A DNA stretch of 64,000 bases from Planktothrix sp. GU0601_MAG3 (GCA_035193785.1 CP136572.1:832001-896000), one strand, 5' to 3'. Positions 35,301-47,112 are shown, counted from the stretch's first letter. Made by a program: numbers and translations. Notes: a model not told the origin generated them from the sequence alone.

Positions 35301-36758
35301 TAGAGGGAGTTAAGGTAATAGTAACGGCATCAGTTGGAACAGAAGTTAAAGCAATTGTATTATTATCAATAATAGTTCCATCTTCAGTAACATTGGTACT
35401 ATTTCCAGTTTGAATAATACTTACACCAGGGGGAGCAAAACCCAACTTAGAAATACGGCCCTGATTGGCTAGGTTTGCGCCTGTACCCGGGTCAAAGTCT
35501 GTGGAATCAAAATTTCCCGTCGTGTAGACATTCCCGGCACTGTCTAGGCTGATGTCAGTAGCCGAGTCATCCTTACTCCCCCCTAAACCCTTGGCCCAAA
35601 CTGGGTTGCTGTTGTTATCGAGTTTGACAACGAAGACATCACTACGGCCCTGATTGGGCAGGTTTGCGCCTTTACCCGGGTCAAAGTCTGTGGAATCAAA
35701 ATTTCCCGTCGTGTAGACATTCCCGGCACTGTCTAGGCTGATGTCAGTAGCCGAGTCATCCTTACTCCCCCCTAAACCCTTGGCCCAAACCGGGTTGCTG
35801 TTGTTATCGAGTTTGGCAACGAAGACATCACTACGGCCCTGATTGGGCAGGTTTGCGCCTTTACCCGGGTCAAAGTCTGTGGAATCAAAATTTCCCGTCG
35901 TGTAGACATTCCCGGCGCTGTCTAGGCTGATGTCAGTAGCCGAGTCATCCTTACTCCCCCCTAAACCCTTGGCCCAAACTGGGTTGCTGTTGTTATCGAG
36001 TTTGACAACGAAGACATCACTACGGCCTTGATTGGGCAGGTTTGCGCCTGTATACCCGGGTCAAAGTCTGTGGAATCAAAACTTCCGGTGATGTAGACAT
36101 TCCCGGCACTATCGGCACTGATGCTATTGGTAAAGTCATCCTTACTCCCCCCCAAACTCTTAGCCCAAATGGGGTTGCCGTCGCTATTGAGTTTGACAAC
36201 GAAGATATCACTACGGCCCCGATTGGGCAGGTTTGTGCCTGTACCCGGGTCAAAGTCGATGGAATCAAAACTTCCGGTGATGTAGACATTCCCGGCACTG
36301 TCGGCACTGATGCTATTGGTAAAGTCATCCTTACTCCCCCCCAAACTCTTAGCCCAAATGGGGTTGCCGTCGCTATTGAGTTTGGCAACGAAGACATCAC
36401 TACGGCCCCGATTGGGCAGGTTTTTGCCTGTACCCGGGTCAAAGTCTGTGGAATCAAAACTTCCGGTGATGTAGACATTCCCGGCACTGTCGGCACTGAT
36501 GCTATTGGTAAAGTCATCTTTACTCCCCCCCAAACTCTTAGCCCAAATGGGGTTGCCGTCGCTATTGAGTTTGGCAACGAAGACATCACTACGGCCCCGA
36601 TTGGGCAGGTTTTTGCCTGTACCCGGGTCAAAGTCTGTGGAATCAAAACTTCCGGTGATGTAGACATTCCCGGCACTATCGGCACTGAGGCTATTGGTAA
36701 AGTCATCTTTACTCCCCCCCAAACTCTTAGCCCAAATATAATTATTATTTTCTGGCAT
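29345..36758 (-). CDS. Giant (~2,470 aa) repeat surface protein: 7 SBBP-type propeller repeats, Calx-beta/cadherin-like repeats, RTX nonapeptides; breaks at ~36050, ~31095 and ~29408
   Basis: DSAGNVYITG repeats; LTSQPTSDV...FTPNNWSTPQ.VTVTG..D repeats; GGxGxDxL repeats and D.VTDF type I secretion-like tail. Confidence 0.8.
31350..35050 (-). repeat. 11 intragenic tandem repeats of 336 bp (112 aa)
   Basis: Alternative-frame 63-aa ORFs recur exactly every 336 bp; 11 IGIN(L/I) starts in the translation. Confidence 0.9.
35460..36740 (-). repeat. 7 intragenic tandem repeats of 180 bp (60 aa): 4 of one subtype, 3 of another
   Basis: KSLGGSKDDFTNS.SADS x4, then KGLGGSKDDSATDISLDS x3. Confidence 0.85.
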
Positions 36759-37157
36759 GGTTTTTTTCCTACTAATTTATGATAGGGTTCAGGCTGATTT
36801 ACAGGCTTAATTTCAGTGGATTTAATAAAATATTTATATGGATGCAATCACGCTTTTAACTTCTGTTAAAATAGGTGACTACGCTTTGAACTGAAGATAA
36901 TTTCCCTCGAGTTGACTTAATCTCTCAACCCCTTAATATTAGGTGAATAACAGGTAAAAAGCCTATTTTCCTAACGACAAAACAGCCCCATCTATCCAGG
37001 AGAATAATGTAGAGACAGCTAGTAGATACAGATAAGTTTGTTATCAGCAGAGAGATAGTTATAGTGACAATGATAACAGATTTTTTTCGCTGTGTCCTTA
37101 ATTGGTCAAAAGGGCTGGAGCTATTAGCAAAGCAGGACACTGGCAAGACCTAAACCT

Positions 37158-40100
37158 TCACCAAGGACTGCCAATTAAGTTAAAACTTGCCCAATAGTAA
37201 GGATGAACTAAGGATAAATTTTCTGAGTTTTTTAGTTCTGGAGGCAGGGGAATTGATAGATTTTCTTCTGATAAGAATAAATAATCAGATTCAAATTTTG
37301 CTGTCCCTCGTAATAAGCTAATTTGTGCATTTTGTAATGCTTCTGCTTTGGTTGTTGTTCGGGCTAAATAGTAATAAAACTCCGCCATTAATCCCAGGGT
37401 TCCGGCATCACTAATATACCATAAACTCGCTAAAACTGATTTAGTTCCAGAGGCGATCGCTAACCCGGCAAAACCTAATTCTGCTTGATTATCCCCGATG
37501 GCAGTTTCTACAAGCAGATAGGGTTAATAAGTCCGCCGTTGGCTGTTTCCATCCCATTTCAGACATTTGGTTTAAGGTTAATTTGGTATCCCATAACTGA
37601 ATAAAAGAATTGTGGGGACTACCCGGTCGAAAATCGGCATGGGTAGCTAAATGGATAATCGGGAAAGGTTGCGCTTGATATTGTTGTTTAAGGTTTTCTA
37701 AAGTAAACTGTTCATTCAATAAATATTCTCCTTCGGTGCGTTGTTCGGTAATCGTTTTAATTTCAGCAGGAACACTGGGTAAAGCACCTTGTTCCTTAAA
37801 AACAGAAGCCCCCCCAGCTAAAATTTTCTCTTGAGAAATTGAACGATAACGAGTATCTAAGGAGCTAAAACTCGGAATCATACTCAAGCCATATTTTTCA
37901 ATTAAAAATTGCTTGCCATCATGGAGAGCAGCTAAAGGAAGGGATTTAAGTCCCGTATCTAAACTTAACATCAAAATATCAATATTATTTTCTTTTAAGG
38001 TTTCCTCAATGGGTGCAATCATCCATTGATGAAGTTGTTGTGCTGATTGTAAATAACTGGTGGTATTCCGTTTGCGAGGGGATGTAATTTCACTCACAAA
38101 TTCATTGGTTTGGGAAAACAATACCTCTGGAATTGCCTCGGAAACATTTTTGTGAATTACGGTATTTTCTAAAACTACAACTAATTCTAATTTTTCCGGT
38201 CGAGAGTATACATAAATAACAGCCGTTTTTTTACCCGTTTCTCCCTGAATCCTTTTTAATTGGCTTTGAATTTCGGTTACAGTCATTTGGTTAGTGGAAG
38301 CGGGTTTTCCTAAGTAATTAATATATTCTAAATTAACTAATTCTTCAAATTTTACAACAGCCGTTTCCACATCACCCGCATCGAAACTCTGATTAATTTG
38401 CATACGAACATCTTGAATAGAAGCTTCTGCAATACTAGAATTACTAATCGGTGAACTTTCAATGGTGATTTGATTATTTTCATTAATTTTAACTGTTAAT
38501 TTACCCGTATCTCCTGATAATTGATTCTCTATTGTGAGAGCAATTGAAGGATCAATTGTCAATACCTGCTCAGTTTTATTCCTGACTATATCTTGTTTAT
38601 TCACATCAGGTTCTGTTAACAAACTAGGGGTCGGTTGCAAAAGTGTTTCAACTATTTCCCTCTCCCTTTGGACAATTGGTGTGGGAATTAGTGTGGGAAT
38701 TGGGGTCGGAATTAGTGTGGGAATTGGGGGAATTGGGCTCGGAATTGGGCTCGGAATTGGAGTCGGAATTAGTGTGGGAATTGGGCTCGGAATTGGGCTC
38801 GGAATTGGGGTGGGAATTGGAGTCGGAATTAGTGTCGGAATTAGTGTCGGAATTGGGCTCGGAATTGGGCTCGGAATTGGGCTCGGAATTGGGGTGGGAA
38901 TTGGAGTCGGAATTAGTGTGGGAATTGGAGTCGGAATTGGGGTGGGAATTGGGGTGGGAATTGGAGTCGGAATTAGTGTGGGAATTGGAGTCGGAATTGG
39001 GGGAATTGGAGTCGGAATTGGAGTCGGAATTGGGGTGGGAATTGGAGTCGGAAATGGCGACGGAATTGGGGTGGGAATTGGTGTGGGAATTGGTGTAGGA
39101 ATTGGGGTGGGAATTGGTGTGGGAATTGGTGTGGGAATTGGTGTGGGAATTGGTGGAATTGGAGTCGGAAAGGGCGACGGAATTGGGGAAATTGTGGGAA
39201 TGGGTGTAGGTTTCTATTGTGGGAATTGGTGTAGGTTCTATTGTAGGAATGGGTGTAGGTTCTATTGTGGGAATGGGTGTAGGTTCAGGGGGAGGAGTAG
39301 AATTGGTTGTAATAGTAATATTTCCTTGGGTAAAAGTAGCGGGGGGAACAGTTATAATCAAACCCGGTTGTAAGGTTTCTGAACCCGTTGTAATCGCCCC
39401 AGTGGTTCCATTTTGGGTTGCATCTCCAATAATAAAAAGAGTCTCTACACCGCCCCCATGTTGAATTATAATACTGCCATTTCGACTTTGCCCCGCCGAG
39501 GAAATACTGGCATTAATTCCGTTAAAATCGGTGAAGGTTTCTTGAACTCGAAATAAATTTTCTGTGGTGATTTTAATATCCCCGCCATCGGAGGCTAAAA
39601 TCCCTGAAATTAAAATATTGTCAACCCCATTTAATTCAATATTTCCCCCAGAAGTATTAATGGAATCAACGGCAATTTTTCCTGGGGATTTAAAAATCAC
39701 TGGCCCTCCGGCGGTGGTAATATTTCCCACTGAGATATTATTTCCGAGGTTTTGAGTGGAATTAATAAAAAAGGTATCGTTAATTGTTGTATTTTCCTGC
39801 AAATTAGGCGGGTTACTCAAGGTTTGTCCTGAACGAAAGATTAAACTCGGACTACTACTTAAAATACCCGCATCAGCATCACTGGAATTAGATAACGCAA
39901 TATCCTCTTGGGTAATATTAATATCTCCCCCCTGAATTGAACCTTGGGCTTCTATTTTTAAGGAAGCACCTTGATAATCTCCAAAAATCACACTCCCATT
40001 TGAATAAATAATCGGGTCATAGAGACTGACAAAGGTTCCTCCACCTCCCGATAAATTCAAGATTTGAAAATTTCCTCCGGCTGCAAAATGGGCATCTCCC

Positions 40101-41263
40101 GAAATTAACCCATCACTAATTAAGGTTAAATTCCCTCCCGCTTGTAGGGGAATTTTAGGAAAATTTAGGGCTAAAATATCAATATTTTGATTTCCTTGAA
40201 GCGTAAGATTTCCCCCGGAAAATGCTTGAAAGGGGATTTGACCATCTCGAATGGTGACGGTATTATTAGCGAATAGGTTTAGATTTTCGGTGGTGGAAAG
40301 TTGACTTTCAATTAAGGTTAAATTTTGATTAGCATGGAAAAAAGCATTGTCAGCAATTACTGTAGTATTTAATAATACAATATCCCCGGATTGTACGGTT
40401 TTTCCCTGAGTTAAAACCATTTCTCCCGCTTGATTAATACTCAGATTTGTGGCTTCTTTTAATCCCGTTCCGGTTAATAATTGGGGGAGAGATAAAGGCG
40501 CGATCGCTAATTCTTTTTCCTCCCCAGGTGGCATAATTTCTAAACTGAGTAAATAACCCGTTTGACTCATTCTAACTAGGTTTTCCCCGGGTACAGTTTG
40601 GACTAAAATTGTCCCCCCTTGTAGGGAACCTTGATTAATAATAGTTCCAGCTAGTAAGGTTAATTGTTGTTCGGGATTAACTTCTAATTGACCTAAATTA
40701 ATAATAGTTCCGGGTTCAGATGAATGAAAAACAAAGGCATTAGGATTGCCCACAAGCTGATTCCAATTGGCATCTCCCACCGCCGGAAACCAACCCCCAG
40801 AACTTAAACCAATGCCATCGGCGGTTGTTGCCAAAAACGAAGCGGGAACATCTAAACGGGCATGGGAACCAAAAATTATTCCCGCCGGATTCATTAAAAA
40901 TAGATTAGAATTTCCCCCTGTAACTTGAATTAATCCATCAATAAAAGACGGACTTCCCCCATTAATTCGCCCTAAGATATTTTGAATATTGGGGGTAGAA
41001 ATAAAATTAACAATTTGATTTTGGGGAATATTAAACTGTTGAAAACTATGGAATAAATTAGCCCCATCCCCGGAAACTTTTCCTCCGGTAATATTAATTT
41101 GAACTGGAGAATTTCCTGGTACTGTTACGGGTGTAACTAAGGTTCTAGTATTATCATTTGCAGGAATAACCGATTGAGCATCAACAATAAAAGACCCAAT
41201 AACCACGAGCCCGGGAGTTCCAAATAATACAAAAATTAGAGAGGATGGGGATATTTTAATCAT
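37158..41263 (-). CDS. Filamentous-haemagglutinin N-terminal (TPS) domain + Pro/Thr linker + CHAT protease; insertions at ~39212 and ~37506
   Basis: [18 protein letters not shown] and [22 protein letters not shown] and LSAC catalytic His/Cys; [14 protein letters not shown]. Confidence 0.88.
38675..39290 (-). repeat. Low-complexity 6/12-nt repeat encoding a (PIPT/PIPS)n linker
   Basis: GGAATT-periodic tract; repaired frame is rich in Pro, Ile and Thr. Confidence 0.85.
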
Positions 41264-41268
41264 GGGAA

Positions 41269-41665
41269 TCAAGAAATTGGATTTGATTTTTTATACGCAG
41301 CCCAACCTCCAAAGGCGGAAATATCTGGCCATCGATAGTGTTCGACCAATTCCCGGGGATAGAGCATCGCAGTTAAGACTTCGCCATCTTCTAACTTGAT
41401 ATCCCCTGGATACATATTCGGAGGTTCATTAAACAGTAAATGTTCATACTGGGCGAGGGAGATTTCATACACTTCCCCAGGGATAGAAATTCCGTCTTCT
41501 CCAATTTCATAAATCGCTGGATGCCAACCATTATCTGCCGCGTGTAAACGATATAATGGAAGGGTTTTAGCGGATTTAATTAATTTTGCTTCCCCTAAAT
41601 TTTTATGATCTGGTTGACCCTGGAGGGCTGAAACCACAAATAAAGATGCGTTTAGTATTGGTCAT
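41269..41665 (-). CDS. Gamma-glutamylcyclotransferase-fold protein (allophanate hydrolase C-terminal-like); insertion at ~41632
   Basis: Repaired start MTNTKRIFICGSALQGQPDH; YRL, I.GEVY and FGGWAAY motifs. Confidence 0.75.
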
Positions 41666-41829
41666 ATTTTGATTGAACTTAGATGTGAATTTATCGCGGT
41701 TTTTGATCTTTCAAAGTACACTTTATACAGTATTTTAGCCCAGAAATCAGGAAAATTGTAGAGACCAGAAAAAATGGATGTTAAAAGAGATCCAATTTTT
41801 GATTTATTGGTGTAAAGGAGAATCAAATC

Positions 41830-43081
41830 ATGGCTAAGATTGCCCAAATTCGTATTAATAGCGATCGCTTATATCACCGAATTAACACTTTAGCTGAAAT
41901 CGGTCAACAGCCTTCGGGAAGTATTTGTCGCCTCGCCTTTTCCCCGGAAGATCTACAGGCGCGTGCTACCGTAAAACAGTGGATGCTAGAGGCGGGAATG
42001 ACGGTCAGAACCGATGCGGCCGGGAATCTGATCGGTCGCTATCCTGGCAAAAGTCCCACGGCTCCGGCTTTAGCGACGGGTTCCCATATCGACACCGTAC
42101 CCACGGGCGGACGCTATGATGGAGCCTTGGGGGTATTAGCTGGCATAGAAGTAGCACACACCCTAAAAGACCATGATCTGCAACTCCATCATCCCCTAGA
42201 AGTGATAGTATTTACCGATGAAGAAAGTACCATGATTGGTGCTCAGGCGATGGCTGGGACGGTGTTACTTAATACCCCGAATCGTTATCAATCGAAGGCG
42301 GGAGAGTCGATTTCAGGCTGTTTAGCACGGCTGGGAGGCGACTGGGATAACCTAGCAACGGCAGCACGGTCACGGGCAAATCTGGCGGCGTTTGTGGAAA
42401 CTGCACGTTGAACAGGGGGCGATATTAGAACAGAATGGGGCTGCAATTGGTATTGTGCAGGGGGTGGTGGGCATGGAGCGCCTAAAAATTACGATTATGG
42501 GAAAAGCTAACCACGCCGGAACAACGCCGATGGAAATGCGACAGGATGCCTTAGTAGCGGCGGCAGAATTGATTTTAGCCGTGCGAGAAATAGCTTTAAA
42601 AATGCCTTCCCAACCCGTAGCAACCGTGGGATATCTTAATGTTTTACCCAATGCAGTTAATATTATCCCCGGACGGGTAGAACTTTCTATAGATATGCGA
42701 GATTTATCTGATAATTGTTTACAAGAAATGTTAGCACAATTGCAAAATAAAATCATAGTAATCGCTGATTCAACCCATACTCAAATTTCAATAAACCCCT
42801 TACTTAGTGTTAAACCTACCTTAGCGGCTTCTGAAATTCAATCCACCATTGAATCAGTCTGTCAACCTTTAAACTTAAATTATTATTATCTTCCCAGTCG
42901 CGCCGGACATGATGCCTTAGAAATCGGCAGAATTACTAATATGGGGATGATTTTTGTTCCCTCACAAGGAGGCTTTAGTCATTCCGAAGCTGAATATACC
43001 TCCCCCGAACATTGTACCCAAGGAGCTAATGTATTATTCCAAACTTTATGGGCATTAGATCAAAAATACAAAACCGCATAA
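41830..43081 (+). CDS. M20 Zn amidohydrolase (allantoate amidohydrolase / N-carbamoylase family); insertion at ~42399
   Basis: GSHIDTVP.GGRYDG.LGV, FTDEE, (VE)LHVEQG, ANHAGTTPM and SRAGHDA. Confidence 0.9.
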
Positions 43082-43097
43082 TTCCCCTAAACCCCAG

Positions 43098-43124
43098 GTA
43101 GAGACGTGCCATGGCGCGTCTCTA
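43098..43124. repeat. REP hairpin
   Basis: GTAGAGACGTGCCATGGCGCGTCTCTA, same family as the duplicated REP at 5584-5650. Confidence 0.7.
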
Positions 43125-43251
43125 AACGATACGGATGCGTAGCAAACACTTAAGGATTAAATCCTTAAGTATAGACTACTAATCATTAAGCAGATAGGAT
43201 AAAACCCGCCTAAACGGGTTAATTTTATGCTTCTATAAACCGCTAACAAAA

Positions 43252-44704
43252 TTAATCATTATGAGCGTGTTCAAACTCATAAATATAGAATAAACGACTG
43301 AATTTTTTCAAGAAATATCCAGAGGTAGCTAAGGCGATCGCACATCCCAATAATACCCAAAATCCGATAGGAGGCATTGCCATTAACTGATGAACTGTTC
43401 GAGCATCAATGATAACCGCTAACCCAAAACAAAGGATAGCAGCGATATTAGAAAAAACCGTTAATCGATTAATATTTTTCAGAGCATTTTGACAGACTTG
43501 ACAATTTTGGGTGTGCATTGTCCAAACATCAAATAGTTGTTGTTTATTTAAGTCTGCGGGGGGAAGATTTGGATTACAGTTTTCTGACCAAGGAATACCA
43601 CCTCCCGCCCGTTTTTCTAACCATTGACGGAAGGTAATCACCATTTTATCCTGGGGATTTGGTGTAAAAACTTCCTCTAACCAACGTTTATCTTTTCGTT
43701 TAGCTAAAGTTTTTTCCTGGTGGTGTAGAAACACCAAATCTTGGTGCATAAACGACGAAGCCAAGACATGATTTAACCAAGTGGGCATAGACAAGGCAAA
43801 GAATCCTAACCCGGCAGGTTTTTTACCTTGTTTACCTTTAATTAAAACCTGACAGCCAAAGTTACGACACCACCCCGGACGAGTGGGAGTTGCATACAAC
43901 GCCAAGATCATTTTTCCTCCATCTATATTGGTAACAGAAATTCTCTGATGACAGGGAGGTTGAAAATCATGAACCGCCTCTAAAATATTGGGTTTCCGTC
44001 GGTGTAATTGCAAAAGCAAATCCGTCTTGAGTTGATATTTTTCGCTGAGAAATCATGTCATAATATTTGGCATCTGTGTAGCGATTTCCAACAATTCCAT
44101 GATGGGAAACGGGAACATGGGCGGGGTCGGAAACATTCTCCATAAAGAAATCCCAACCGTAGGGAATATCACGAAAACCCCAAGGTAACTTAACAATTTG
44201 ATCAGAATTTTCCTCCAATTCAGGAACTAGACGGGGAGGTCTTAACTGACTCTCCTGTTGCGCTTGGGAACCAGATTCCGCCCAAACCCATAATAAACCC
44301 TGACGTTCTTGGGTGGGATAAACAACGGCGCAGGATTTGGGGTTAGAACAATGTTTGGCCTCCGTTTCCGCATCTTGAGATTGGGGAATGCTAACACAAT
44401 GTCCCTGACTATCAAACCGCCAAGCATGATAGGCGCATAGAAGTGTGCCATCGGACTCGACTCGACCTTCCGATAAGGGGACAAGGCGATGGGGACAAGC
44501 ATCGGCAAAACACCGCCATTGACCTGAACCATCCCGCCATAGGACAATATCTTCACCTAACAATTGCATGGCATGGGGACGGGTGGGGTCAAGAAACTCG
44601 ACCACGGCGACGGGATACCATTGTTTTGTCCATTGAAATTGTTCGGTTTCGGTTTGAGGGCTTTCTGTTAATCTGGGGTTTAGGTCTTGTTGTAGGGATG
44701 TCAT
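43252..44704 (-). CDS. Rieske oxygenase, pheophorbide a oxygenase (PAO)-like; insertion at ~43994
   Basis: CPHRLVPLSEG...CAYHAW Rieske motif; ENVSDPAHVPVSHH iron site; HTQNCQVC; C-terminal TM segments. Confidence 0.88.
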
Positions 44705-44777
44705 AAATTTTCTGTTGGTTGAACTTTAATAGCCTAACCCCTCTTAATATAAACATTATTCTCGAAAATAAAAACCC

Positions 44778-45758
44778 ATGGAAAGTTATCAAAAATTAAA
44801 TCTTCCCGAAATGGGATGTGGAACCTGGGCCTGGGGAAATCGCATCCTATGGGGTTATGATCCCAGTATGGATGCACAATTACAACAAGTATTTAATCTG
44901 TGTGTGAGTCAGGGTGTCACTTTATTTGATACGGGAGATTCCTATGGGACAGGGAAATTAAACGGGCGCAGTGAATCGCTTTTAGGACAGTTTTCTCAAG
45001 AATATCAAGGAATAAATCAAGACCGGATTTGTATTGCTACAAAATTAGCTCCCTACCCCTGGAGATTAACCCGCAAATCGATGATTAATGCCTGTAAAAA
45101 TTCCGCCCAACGGTTAGGAAAAAATGTCGATTTAGTTCAGATGCACTGGTCTACAGCTAATTATGCCCCTTGGCAAGAGGGGAATTTATTAGACGGTTTA
45201 GGAGATTTATATGAACAGGGATTAGTTAAGGGAGTGGGGTTATCAAATTATGGGCCGAAACGGTTAAAAAAAGTCTATCAAAAATTTGCAGATCGGGGGA
45301 TTCCGATTGCAACTTTACAGGTACAATATTCTTTATTATCGACCTATCCGGTAACGGAATTAGGGTTAAAAGAGGTTTGTGATGAATTAGGAATTAAATT
45401 AATTGCCTATAGTCCGTTAGGGTTAGGATTATTAACCGGAAAGTTCTCGGAAAATACGCCTTTACCAAAAGGTATTCGGGGGGGATTATTTAAAAAATTA
45501 TTACCCGGAATTCAACCAATTTTAGCTTGTTTAAAAGAAATTGCCGAATTACGCTCTAAAACCTTAACCCAAGTTGCTTTAAATTGGTGTATTTGTAAAG
45601 GCACAATTCCGATTCCTGGGGCGAAAAATATAGAACAAGCTAAGGATAATTTGGGGGCGTTGGGGTGGTATTTGGACTCAGGAGAAGTTGCAGCGTTAGA
45701 TAATGCCGTAATGCGTTCTAATCAACAAATGGTACAGAATATTTTTCAGACTTCTTAG
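44778..45758 (+). CDS. Aldo/keto reductase (pyridoxal reductase-like)
   Basis: GCGTWAWG, FDTGDSYG, ATK, GVGLSNYG, IAYSPLG and IPIPGAK. Confidence 0.9.
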   Translation: MESYQKLNLPEMGCGTWAWGNRILWGYDPSMDAQLQQVFNLCVSQGVTLFDTGDSYGTGKLNGRSESLLGQFSQEYQGINQDRICIATKLAPYPWRLTRKSMINACKNSAQRLGKNVDLVQMHWSTANYAPWQEGNLLDGLGDLYEQGLVKGVGLSNYGPKRLKKVYQKFADRGIPIATLQVQYSLLSTYPVTELGLKEVCDELGIKLIAYSPLGLGLLTGKFSENTPLPKGIRGGLFKKLLPGIQPILACLKEIAELRSKTLTQVALNWCICKGTIPIPGAKNIEQAKDNLGALGWYLDSGEVAALDNAVMRSNQQMVQNIFQTS

Positions 45759-45841
45759 TTTTTCTAAATTTTTTATTAATTCAATGACAATGATATTCTG
45801 TCAAAAATAATGGGAACACATAGTATTATCAATTACATCTC

Positions 45842-45903
45842 GTAGGGGCGGGTTTCTGTAAGAATATTAAAATCCCACCGTTAACCTGCCTAAACCCGTC
45901 CCT
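45842..45903. repeat. REP doublet overlapping the PIN gene 3' end
   Basis: GTAGGGGCGGGTTT...AAACCCGTCCCT. Confidence 0.6.
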
Positions 45904-46309
45904 GACCCATTAAACTTAAAAAATCTGCCGCCTGCAAAATTTCAATTCCTTGATAATTTTTTAAAGGAAGTAAATGCTTTTTATCTCCAGTTACGATATA
46001 ATTTGCCTGACCAATAACTGCACATTCTAACACCATATTATCATCAGGATCAGTAATGATAACATTAAGAGTATTAGAAATTTTTACGACCTGTAAGAAA
46101 CTCAATAAATCGAATAAAGTATCTGTAATTTGAGAATCTGTAAAATTGAGTTTTTGCTCTAACTTTTCCAGCAACTCATCCAATAATTCTTGACAAGTGA
46201 TCGCCTTAATTTGACCTGTTCTAGCTAATTCTAAACATCGATAAGGACTACCTCGCCAACCCAGACCAGATAGCAATACATTCGTATCAAATACGACTAT
46301 TGGATACAT
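45890..46309 (-). CDS. PIN-domain (VapC-like) toxin
   Basis: VVFDTNVLLSG, DPDDNMVLECA and IVTGDKKHLL. Confidence 0.88.
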   Translation of the reverse strand: MYPIVVFDTNVLLSGLGWRGSPYRCLELARTGQIKAITCQELLDELLEKLEQKLNFTDSQITDTLFDLLSFLQVVKISNTLNVIITDPDDNMVLECAVIGQANYIVTGDKKHLLPLKNYQGIEILQAADFLSLMGQGRV

Positions 46310-46551
46310 GATCTATCATCATGAATTAAATCATTAATAAAATCCTCGCGTTCTTCATCAGATAAAGTATTCCAATTAATTCCTCTTTCAGTACACAATC
46401 TTCGCAATTGACTTTCACCATAGTCTAAGCGTTCTTGACGTTGGGTTTCGGTTTCTTTTGCAAGTTCTAGCAACACCATCCGTTTCTGTTCTAATGGCAA
46501 TTGTTGGATCAGATCAATAATTTGTTCTGTTGTTAAGGTTAGGGTTGGCAT
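46297..46551 (-). CDS. Small protein overlapping the PIN gene, putative antitoxin
   Basis: Upstream of the PIN ORF with 13-nt overlap; about 84 aa, acidic. Confidence 0.6.
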   Translation of the reverse strand: MPTLTLTTEQIIDLIQQLPLEQKRMVLLELAKETETQRQERLDYGESQLRRLCTERGINWNTLSDEEREDFINDLIHDDRSCIQ

Positions 46552-46600
46552 TATAATCATCCTCACAGATTATAGAAAGATAGCGAATATTAGAATAATA

Positions 46601-46751
46601 TATAGCAAGTCTAAATGAATTGTACAAAATAATGATCAAAATTATTAACCCTAAAAAATGGACACAAATTCGGTGTAGGGGCGAGGCGCGCCTCGCCCCT
46701 ACGATTATTTGGATTTCCAGCTATTTGTACAACTGATTTAGGATTGCTATA
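46601..46751. mobile_element. TA-bounded MITE with 28-bp imperfect TIRs and an internal REP
   Basis: TATAGCAAGTCTAAATGAATTGTACAAA and TTTGTACAACTGATTTAGGATTGCTATA; internal GTAGGGGCGAGGCGCGCCTCGCCCCTAC. Confidence 0.7.
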
Positions 46752-46836
46752 GTATTTTTCAGTATAACACAAATATTATCTAACAGACCAATCCTCTAAA
46801 GCCATCTGGATTATACTATCTACTTTGATGTTTTTG

Positions 46837-46935
46837 TATAGCATTGGAAAAAGAGTGGGAAAATAAACATAACATAATTTTTAAAAAATAGCCTATTTTA
46901 TTTTATTATAAACCAAACTTGAAACCAACGCTATA
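46837..46935. mobile_element. Possible second degenerate TA-bounded MITE
   Basis: TATAGCATTGG ... CCAACGCTATA. Confidence 0.4.
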
Positions 46936-46970
46936 TGAATCAATTTATTAACCTACAACACCATTAATTT

Positions 46971-47112
46971 GTAGGGGCGGGTTCCCTAGGATTCTTGACA
47001 TCCTACAGTTAATCTTTGTAAACCCGCCCTCTTTTTTCAAGGATTAAATAAAAGGGCGGGTTTATTTAGATTAAGGATAGGATTTTAATATTTTTGTAGA
47101 ACCCGCCCCTAC
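46971..47112. repeat. Composite REP (two doublets in inverted arrangement)
   Basis: GTAGGGGCGGGTT..AACCCGCCCT..AGGGCGGGTTT..AACCCGCCCCTAC. Confidence 0.75.

Noticed and set aside
36991..37006. Fifth copy of the 7-2-7 stress box upstream of the adhesin
   Set aside because: Only one half-site matches (GGATAGA) and there is no TAN3T at 22-23 nt
31713..39464. Repeated 63-aa ORFs, the 246/275-aa ORFs near 36020-36847, and the (GI)n / WELES ORFs
   Set aside because: Alternative-frame or antisense shadows of the adhesin repeats and the Pro-rich linker
41716..41728. NtcA box in the GGCT/M20 divergent region
   Set aside because: GTA-CACTTTA-TAC has a 7-nt spacer, not 8
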